Positions 54,601 through 64,000 of a DNA stretch of 64,000 nucleotides are shown here, in pieces. Position numbers and translations under genes: made by a program. Each line of letters opens with the position of its first letter. Positions within the stretch are counted from its first letter, which is position 1. Under the pieces are notes generated by a model that did not search any database, had not been told where the DNA came from, and saw nothing but the letters and a program-made list of their open reading frames with translations. Source of the stretch: Eledone cirrhosa (lineage: Eukaryota); contig OZ024745.1 in the NCBI GenBank assembly GCA_964016885.1, forward strand, positions 12,958,001 to 13,022,000, written 5' to 3'.

Positions 54601-56600
54601 CCTTCATCAAGTTACGCCCCTTGTGCCTCCATACACTGAGGCACAAAAGTCGTAACTTGAAGAAGGATCACTGGGCTAGGTGTATGGAGGCACAAGGGGC
54701 GTAACTTGAAGAAGGATCACTGGGCTAAGTGTATGGAGGCACAAGGGGCGTAACATGATGAAGGATCACTGGGCTAAGTGTATGGAGGCACAAGGGGCGT
54801 AACATGAAGAAAGATCACTGGGCCAAGTGTATGGAGGCACATGGTGCGTAACTTGATGAAGGATCACTGGGCTAAGTGTATGGAGGCACAAGGGGCGTAA
54901 CTTGATGAAGGATCACTGGGCTAAGTGTATGGGGGCACAAGGGGCGTAACTTGAAGAAGGATCACTGGGATAAGTGTATGGAGGCACAAGGGGCGTAACT
55001 TGATGAAGGATCACTCGGCTAAGTGTATGGAAGCACAAGGGGCGTAACTTGAAGAAGGATCACTGGGCTAAGTGTATGGAGGCACAAGGTGCGTAACTTG
55101 AAGAAGAATTATTGGGCTAAGTGTATGGAGGCAAAAGGGGCGTAACTTGATAAAGGATCACTGGGCTAAGTGTATGGAGGCACAAGGTTCGTAACTTGAA
55201 GAAGAATTATTGGGCTAAGTGTATGGAGGCACAAAGGGCGTAACTTGAAGAAGGATTATTGGGCTAAGTGTATGGAAGCACAAGGGGCGTAACTTGATGA
55301 AGGATCACTGGGATAAGTGTATGGAGGCACAAGGGGCGTAACTTGAAGAAGGATCACTGGGCTAAATGTATGGAGGCACAAGGGGCGTAACTTGATAAAG
55401 GGTTATTGGGCTAAGTGTATGGAGGCACACTGGGCGTAACTTGATGAAGGATCACTGGGCTAAGTGTATGGAGGCACAAGGGGCGTAACTTGAAGAAGGA
55501 TCACTGGGCTAATTGTATGGAGGCACAAGGGGCGTAACTTGATAAAGGGTTATTGTACTAAGTGTATGGAGGCACAAGGGGCGTAACTTGATGAAGGATC
55601 ACTGGGCTAAGTGTATGGAGGCACAAGGGGCGTAACTTGAAGAAGGATCACTGGGCTAAGTGTATGGACCCACAAGGGGCATAACTTGAAGGAGGATCAC
55701 TCGGCTAAGTGTATGAGGCACAAGGGGCGTAACTTGAAGAAGGATCACTGGGCTAAGTGTATGGAGGCACAAGGGACGTAACTTGATTAAGGGTAATTGG
55801 GCTAAGTGTATGGAGGCACAAAGGGCGTAACTTGATAAAGGGTTATTGGGCTAAGTGTATGGAGGCACAAGGAGCTTAACTTGAAAAGGATCACTGGGCT
55901 AAGTGTATGGAGGCACAAGGGGCGTAACTTGAAGAAGGATCACTGGGCTATGTGCATGGAGGCACAAGGGGCGTAACTTGAAGAAGGATCACTGGGCTAA
56001 GTGTATGGAGGCACACTGGGCGTAACTTGATGAAGGATCACTGGGCTAAGTGTATGGACCCACAAGGGGCTTAACTTGAAGAAGGATCACTGGGCTAAGT
56101 GTATGGAGGCACAAGGGCCGTAACTTGAAGAAGGATCACTGGGCTAAGTGTATGGAGCACAAGGGGCGTAACTTGAAGAAGGATCACTGGGCTAAGTGTA
56201 TGGAGGCACAAGGGGCGTAACTTGAAGAAGGATTATTGGGCTAAGTGTATGGAGGTACAAGGGGCGTAACTTGAAGAAGGATCACTGGGCTAAATGTATG
56301 GAGGCACAAGGGGCGTAACTTGAAGAAGGATCACTGGGCTAAGTGTATGGAGGCACAAGGGGCGTAACTTGATAAAGGATTATTGTGCTGAGTGTATAGA
56401 GGCACAAGGGGCGTAACTTGATTAAGGATTATTGGGCTGAGTGTATGGAGGTACGAGGGGCGTAACTTGAAGAAGGATTATTGGGCTGAGTGTATGGAGG
56501 CACAAGGGGCGTAACTTGATAAATGATCACTGGGCTAAGTGTATGGAGTCACAAGGGGCGTAACTTGATAAAGGATCACTGGGCTAAGTGTATGGAGGCA
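48230..56600 (+). repeat. Tandem segmental unit 3 (8371 bp)
   Basis: Near-identical to unit 1, shorter left satellite arm. Confidence 0.95.
49283..50016 (+). pseudogene. Duplicated exons C (49283-49397) and D (49891-50016)
   Basis: Same exons and splice sites as unit 1. Confidence 0.8.
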
Positions 56601-56603
56601 CAA
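52566..56603. repeat. Foldback 49-bp array, unit 3 (inversion point 54637/54638)
   Basis: Arms 2072 and 1966 bp. Confidence 0.97.
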
Positions 56604-57552
56604 AACTTGCTTTCTTAGTCACATTAGATCCAACAAGAACTGCATGTATTATGATATATATTAACATGGAATCACACTAGATATATCTAGATTGAGAGAA
56701 TTAAAAGCATATCTATCATCATCATCTTCATCGTTTTTACATCTGCTTCTCCATGCTAGCATGGGTTGGACGGGTCCTTCTCAGCATGGCATCTCTCCAC
56801 TTGTTTGTGACACAAGTGACTGTGTCTTACTTATAGAGAACAGTTTCTGGCTTGGTTTTTACAGCTGGATGTCCTTACTAACAACAACCACATTTACAGT
56901 GTGGGCTGAGTGCTTTTGGTTGGGACACCTACTCGACAGCTTTACAGTGTTTTACATTAACAAAAAAAAAAATATATATATATATATAGTTAGGGAAGCA
57001 GAAAATTGCTTTTTGTGATCCAGTTCGGGGTTAAGAAACCCAGTTTCATGGATGGTTTCAACGTACGGTTAGAGGTAACTCCACAAGTTTGTAAGAATTC
57101 TGTTCAATCTTGGAGTATAAAGTATAAAAGAGAAAACACAGGTAAGCATTAAGAGAAAGGTGTGGACTGGGTGGACTGGGTGCTTTTCATCATGGCAGCA
57201 ACACTACCACCTTACCGGGTGGACTGGGTGCTTTTCATCATGGCAGCAACACTACCACCTTACTGGGTGGAGTTAGTGCTTTTCATCATAGCACCATTTC
57301 TACCACCTTACCGGGTGGACTGGGTACTTTTCATCATGGCACCATAGATGAAACAGGATTCCCAGAATGATGATGTAATTCTAAAGAAGGGGTATGTTTG
57401 GTAAAGGTGATGGAAGATGAGACAAGAATCATAAAAGCAGAAGAGGTGAGTATATTGTGTAAGTTTAGATGGAATTTCAGGTGTAAACGCATTAAGTTTT
57501 GTAGCGTAAAGGATGTTGAGATGGTGTATTATTTCTTGGTTATTTATTCAAG

Positions 57553-58286
57553 GCTTGAAATATTTGAAGAACTACCTGACGTTGATAATGTTTTTGTACC
57601 TGTCGGTGGAGGTGGCCTTATTGCTGGCATCACTGCATATCTAAAGCAAGTAAACCCAGATATAAAAGTAAGGATATATCTTCTTCTTCTTTGCTCACTT
57701 GTTCTTGGGAGGGTTATAGGGGCAAAATCTTAAATCAATCCTTCCAGTGGTTCCAGGCACATGTGGACAGATTTTACAAGCAAAACAAACCAGCAGGAGA
57801 CCCAGAGGTAGACCCCGTTCAAGGTGGTTGGATAATATCAATAAGCTCAGCTGGTCTCACATGGGGATCCAGTCAGATCTATTGGAGGTGGTTGAAATAT
57901 AAATCTACTTGTAAAATGAAAAATTAATTTTCTCTACTCACCACAGGTTCTCATACCTCTAACACTAAAAAGGTCCCCCCACCCCTAGATTAGAAGCTTC
58001 CTCTTTAACCCATTTTTACAATCCAAGTCAGCATATTGGCAGAATATTAGAGTAGGAGCAATATTTCTACTTAAAACTATAAGTGACCAAACAAGATACA
58101 AGATATCAAATACATTTGTTATCATGCTTGCTATTTACTATCTTCTATTTTGAAATGTAGGTGATTGGTTGTCAGCCACGGTCTTCTAAAGTGACGTATG
58201 AGAGTATCAAGGCTGGAACTATAATATTTGAAGAAAGTCAGGAAACACTCTCAGATGCCACCTCTGGTGGAATTGAAGAAAACTCA
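57553..58286 (+). pseudogene. Duplicated exons C (57553-57667) and D (58161-58286)
   Basis: Same exons; one GCT>ACT change (IAGIAAY to IAGITAY). Confidence 0.8.
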
Positions 58287-60835
58287 GTATGTACAGTTTA
58301 TACTCCATTTTTACTATTATAACTCTACTACTGTGCTGCTAATGTTTGATTTGAACACTTTTTAGTGATGTAGCAGTTATATGGAGCTGCTAATATATAG
58401 AGTTACCATCATCATCATCACAATTTGACGTTCATTTTCCACGCTAGATGGGTTAGACAAGTTATCTTATTTGAGGCAAGTTGAGGTCAGATTACCATTT
58501 CTTGCTCAAACAGAACCGATTTTTGCTTGGTTTCTATGGTTGGATGCCCTTCCTAATGCCAACCACCTTTACAGTGAGTACCGGGTGCTTTTTGTTGTGG
58601 CACCTACATGACCACATGTATAAAGAGTAATATAGAGAGAGAGCTGCTAATATATATAGAGTAATATAGAGAGCTGCTAATATATATATAGAGTAATATA
58701 TAGAGAGCTGCTAATATATATAGAGAGCTGCTAATATATATAGAGGTATATATACAGAGGTATATATAGAGAGCTGCTAATATATATAGAGGTATATATA
58801 GAGAGAGCTGCTAATATATATAGAGTAATATAGAGAGGAATATATAGAGTTATGTATGGAGAGTTATATACAGAGCTGCTTAGCAGAAAGTTTAAAAAAA
58901 CAAAAAAGAAATGCATGTTTGTTGATTCAAATGTTTATAGTGTGTTTACATTTTGAAAACGTGCAGTGTCAGAGTAAAGACTTTAATGTTTAATGTGGTT
59001 CAGACATCGTGTTATTTCCTACTTTACAAGAATAGTTTACCAATTGTATTCTACATGTATACTGAAATCAATATTATCGCTAAAATTAATGTTTAATAGT
59101 CAAATAACTTTTCGTTCAAAATTCAAGGGAGATAACTTTGATCAAGGGAGGCAATTCTTTAAAATATCAATTATCAATATTCACTCTTCTTGAATTGACC
59201 ATATTTCTTAAGGAGAACTGGCTTGAGTAGTAGATTTCTTCAAATCAAGGATATTACTAATTCACCAACATGAAGGGCTGATGGGTAGATAGCCTTTCAC
59301 GGTTATACCAGAATTACTAGTACAAAGTATTCATGGTGACTCAGTATTATAATAATTCCTTCTAACTTTAGCATAAGGACAGCAATTTGGGAGAATGGGA
59401 AAGATGATTATACTGACCGCAGTACATAACTGGTACTTTATTTTATTGACCCCGGAAGAATGAAAGGCATAGTTGACTGTGGCAGGATTTGAACTGAGAT
59501 ACTAAAGAGCCAGAACCAACATTGATATGCTTCTGTCCAAGCCTCTCACAACTCCATCGCATTACTCCTTGATTTCTAACTTAAGCGGAAATCCGTAAAT
59601 ATGAGGTCTGTCGATAAAGTATCCAACTTTACTGTGGGAAGTAATGACGTTAGGGATAGAAAATAGTGCAGACTGAAGTCACATACATTCATGTGCCTGT
59701 CTAGTTTGGGGCAAGTTCTCTGGATGTGGCAGTCACTGTCAGACAGCCAGTGTGTGGAGTACTGTTCTATGTATATACACGTTACATTTTCATTTCACCT
59801 TATACTGCCCAAAAGGATTCTGAGATCCTGGATACCATGGCAACTAGAGTTGAGGTGTATGGTAGGAGCCATAAACTGAAGCTCAAGTATTACAGTGGAA
59901 ACATCCAACATTGCAAAGTTCAGGTGGAAACATCCATTGCCAAGGCCAGGAAGAAACATACAACACTGCCAAGGTCAGGTGGAAACATCCAACATTGCCA
60001 AGGTCAGGTGGAAACATCCATTGCCAAGTTCAGGTGGAAACATCCATTGCCAAGGCCAGGAAGAAACATACAACACTGCCAAGGTCAGGTGGAAACATCC
60101 AACATTGCCAAGGTCAGGTGGAAACATCCAACATTGTCAAGGTCAGGTGGAAATATCCAACATTGCCAAGGTCAGGTGGAAACATCCATTGCCAAGTTCA
60201 AATGGAAACATCCAACATTGCCAAGGTCAGGTGGAAACATCCAACATTGCCAAGGTCAGGTGGAAATATCCAACATTGCCAAGGTCAGGTGGAAACATCC
60301 AACATTGCCAAGGTCAGGTGGAAACATCCAACATTGCCAAGGTCAGGTGGAAACATCCAACATTGCCAAGACCAGGTGGAAATATCCAACATTGCCAAGG
60401 TCAGGTGGAAACATCCATTGCCAAGGTCAGGTGGAAATATCCAACACTGCCAAGGCCAGGCACAGCAAGTACAGAGCAAAATCAACATGATGCTGTCTTC
60501 TTCAATTACTGAGACTTTGTACATCCTGAATATTCACCATAAAAACAATTAGAAAGGATTAGTGACGCCAGATGTGTGAACCTGGCAACTACACCATGAC
60601 ATCAACCCATACATCGCAACTGATCCAAAGAAAGACATTTTAATCACTTACCAGACACCCTACTCTCCAGACATGGCTTCAACTGACTTACTTGAGGACT
60701 AACAAGATATAATAATTGTTTCTACTTTAGGCACAAGGCCAGCAATTACCCAGTACATTACTGGTACTTTATTTTATCGACCTCGTAAGGATGAAAGGCA
60801 AAAAAACAATTAATGAAAGTAAAATAGCTGTGAAA

Positions 60836-63800
60836 TGCCTCCATACACTTAGCCCAATAATCCTTTATCAAGTTACGCCCCTTGTGCCTCCATACATTTA
60901 GCCGAGTGATCCTTCATCTAGTTACGCCCCTTGTACCTCCATACACTTAGCCCAATAAGCCTTCTTCAAGTTACGCCCCTTGTGCCTCCATACACGTAGC
61001 CCAGTGATCCTTCAGGAAGTTACGCCCCTTGTGCCGCCATACACTTAGCCCAGTGATCCTTCTTCAAGTTACGCCCATTGTGCCTCCATACACTTAGCCC
61101 AGTGATCCTTCTTCAAATTACGCCCCTTTTGCCTCCATACACTTATCCCAGTGATCCTTCTTCAAGTTACGCCCCTTGTGCATCCATACACTTAGCCCAG
61201 TGATCCTTCTTCAAGTTACGCCCCTTGTGCCTCCATACACTTAGCCCAGTGACCCTTTATCAAGTTACGCCCCTTGTGCCTCCATACACTTAGCCCAGTG
61301 ATCCTTCTTCAAGTTACACCCCTTGTGCCTCCATACACTTATCCCAGTGATCCTTCATCAAGTTACGCCCCTTGTGCTTCCATACACTTAGCCCAGTGAT
61401 CCTTCTTCAAGTTACGCCCCTTTTCCCTCCATACACTTAGCCCAATAATTCTTCTTCAAGTTACGCACTTTGTGCCTCCATACACTTAGCCGAGTGATCC
61501 TTCTTCAAGTTACGCCCCTTGTGCCTCCATACACTTAGCCCAGTGATCCTTCTTTAAGTTACGCCCCTTCTGCCTCCATACACTTAGCCCAGTGATCCTT
61601 CTTCAAGTTACGCCCCTTGTGCATCCATACACTTAGCCCAGTGATCCTTCTTTAAGTTACGCCCCTTCTGCCTCCATACACTTAGCCCAGTGATCCTTCT
61701 TCAAGTTACGCCCCTTATGCCTCCATACACTTAGCCCAGTGATCATTCATCAAGTTACGCCCCTTGTGCCTCCATACACTTAGCCCAATAATCCTTCTTC
61801 AAGTTACGAACCTTGTGCCTCAATACACTTAGCCCAGTGATCCTTCATCAAGTTACGCCCAGTGTGCCTCCATGCACTTAGCCCAGTGATCCTTCTTCAA
61901 GTTACGCCCCTTCTGCCTCCATACACTTAGCCCAGTGATCCTCCATCAAGTTACGCCCAGTGTGCCTCCATGCACTTAGCCCAGTGATCCTTCTTCAAGT
62001 TACGCCCCTTGTGCCTCCATACACTTAGCCCAGTGATCCTTCTTCAAGTTACGCCCCTTGTGCCTCCATACACTTAGCCCAGTGATCCTTCTTCAAGTTA
62101 CGCCCCTTGTGCCTCCATACACTTAGCCCAGTGATCCTTCATCAAGTTACGCCCCTTGTGCCTCCACATACACTTATTCCAGTGATCCTTCTTTAAGTTA
62201 CGCCCCTTCTGCCTCCATACACTTAGCCCAGTGATTCTTCTTCAAGTTACGCCCCTTGTGCCTCCATACACTTAGCCCAGTGATCCTTCTTCAAGTTACG
62301 CCCCTTGTGCCTCCATACACTTCGCCTAGTGATCCTTCATCAAGTTACGCCCCTTGTGCCTCCATACACTAAGCCCAATAATCCTTCTTCAAGTTACGCC
62401 CCTTGTGCCTCCATACAATTAGCCCAGTGATCCTTCTTCAAGTTACGCCCCTTGTGCCTCCATACACTTAGCCCAATAATCCTTCTTCAAGTTACGCCCC
62501 TTGTGCCTCCATACACTTAGCCCAATGATCCTTCATCAAGTTACGCCCCTTGTGCCTCCATACACTTAGCCCAATAATCCTTCTTCAAGTTACGCCCCTT
62601 GTGCCTCCATACACTTAGCCCAGTGATCCTTTATCAAGTTACGCCCCTTGTGCCTCCATCCATTTAGCACAGTGATCCTTCATAAAGTTACGCCCATTGT
62701 GCCTCCATACACTTAGCCCAGTGATCCTTCTTCAAGTTACGCCCCTTGTGCCTCCATACACTTAGCCCAGTGATCCTTCTTCAAGTTACGCGCCTTGTGC
62801 CTCCATACACTTAGCCCAATAATCCTTCTTCAAGTTAGGCTCGTTGTGCCTTCATACACTTAGCCCAATAATCCTTTTTCAAGTTACGCCCCTTGTGCCT
62901 CCATACATTTAGCCCAGTGATCCTGCTTCAAGTTACGCCCCTTGTGCCTCCATAGACTTAGCCCAGTGATCCTTCTTCAAGTTACGCCCCTTGTGCCTCC
63001 ATACACTTAGCCCAGTGATCCTTCTTCAAGTTACGCCCCTTGTGCTTTCATACACTTAGCCCAATAATCCTTCTTCAAGTTAGGCTCGTTGTGCCTTCAT
63101 ACACTTAGCCCAATAATCCTTTTTCAAGTTACGCCCCTTGTGCCTCCATACATTTAGCCCAGTGATCCTGCTTCAAGTTACGCCCCTTGTGCCTCCATAC
63201 ATTTAGCCCAGTGATCCTGCTTCAAGTTACGCCCCTTGTGCCTCCATACACTTAGCCCAGTGATCCTTCATCAAGTTACGCCCCTTGTGCCTCCATACAC
63301 TTAGCCCAGTGATCCTTCATCAAGTTACGCCCCTTGTGCCTCCATACACTTATCCCAGTGATCCTTCATCAAGTTACGCCCCTTGTGCCTCCATACACTG
63401 AGGCACAAAAGTCGTAACTTGAAGAAGGATCACTGGGCTAGGTGTATGGAGGCACAAGGGGCGTAACTTGAAGAAGGATCACTGGGCTAAGTGTATGGAG
63501 GCACAAGGGGCGTAACATGATGAAGGATCACTGGGCTAAGTGTATGGAGGCACAAGGGGCGTAACATGAAGAAAGATCACTGGGCCAAGTGTATGGAGGC
63601 ACATGGTGCGTAACTTGATGAAGGATCACTGGGCTAAGTGTATGGAGGCACAAGGGGCGTAACTTGATGAAGGATCACTGGGCTAAGTGTATGGGGGCAC
63701 AAGGGGCGTAACTTGAAGAAGGATCACTGGGATAAGTGTATGGAGGCACAAGGGGCGTAACTTGATGAAGGATCACTCGGCTAAGTGTATGGAAGCACAA

Positions 63801-64000
63801 GGGGCGTAACTTGAAGAAGGATCACTGGGCTAAGTGTATGGAGGCACAAGGTGCGTAACTTGAAGAAGAATTATTGGGCTAAGTGTATGGAGGCAAAAGG
63901 GGCGTAACTTGATAAAGGATCACTGGGCTAAGTGTATGGAGGCACAAGGTTCGTAACTTGAAGAAGAATTATTGGGCTAAGTGTATGGAGGCACAAAGGG
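60836..64000. repeat. Foldback 49-bp array, unit 4 (inversion point 63399/63400)
   Basis: Left arm 2564 bp; right arm runs off the window. Confidence 0.97.

Larger units (their letters stand above)
56601..64000 (+). repeat. Tandem segmental unit 4 (truncated by window end)
   Basis: Near-identical to unit 1. Confidence 0.95.

Overview
AT-rich, microsatellite-dense animal genomic DNA. The SINE families and (TA)n landscape suggest a cephalopod such as Octopus, which is an inference only. The first ~27 kb is mostly repeats: two tRNA-derived SINE families, RTE-LINE, Penelope GIY-YIG, hAT, Tc1/mariner and Helitron remnants, and several minisatellites. The most striking element is at 20.9-22.2 kb. 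It consists of two inverted, differently circularly permuted, terminally redundant copies of a ~593-nt non-coding unit. Each copy carries a type I hammerhead ribozyme fold with a compensatory U3-A8 core and a palindromic stem III, making it a candidate retrozyme or circular-RNA-derived element. It is nested in a Helitron, which is itself nested in a hAT transposase. From ~29 kb lie exons of a fold-type II PLP enzyme gene (Ser/Thr dehydratase-serine racemase family) that lacks its central exons. Two of its exons are amplified in a tandem array of 8.4-8.8-kb units (4 seen, running off the window). Each unit contains a ~4-4.5-kb foldback palindrome made of a 49-bp satellite, which sits where the 5' half of the gene would be. 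Most ORFs in the supplied track are repeat artefacts.
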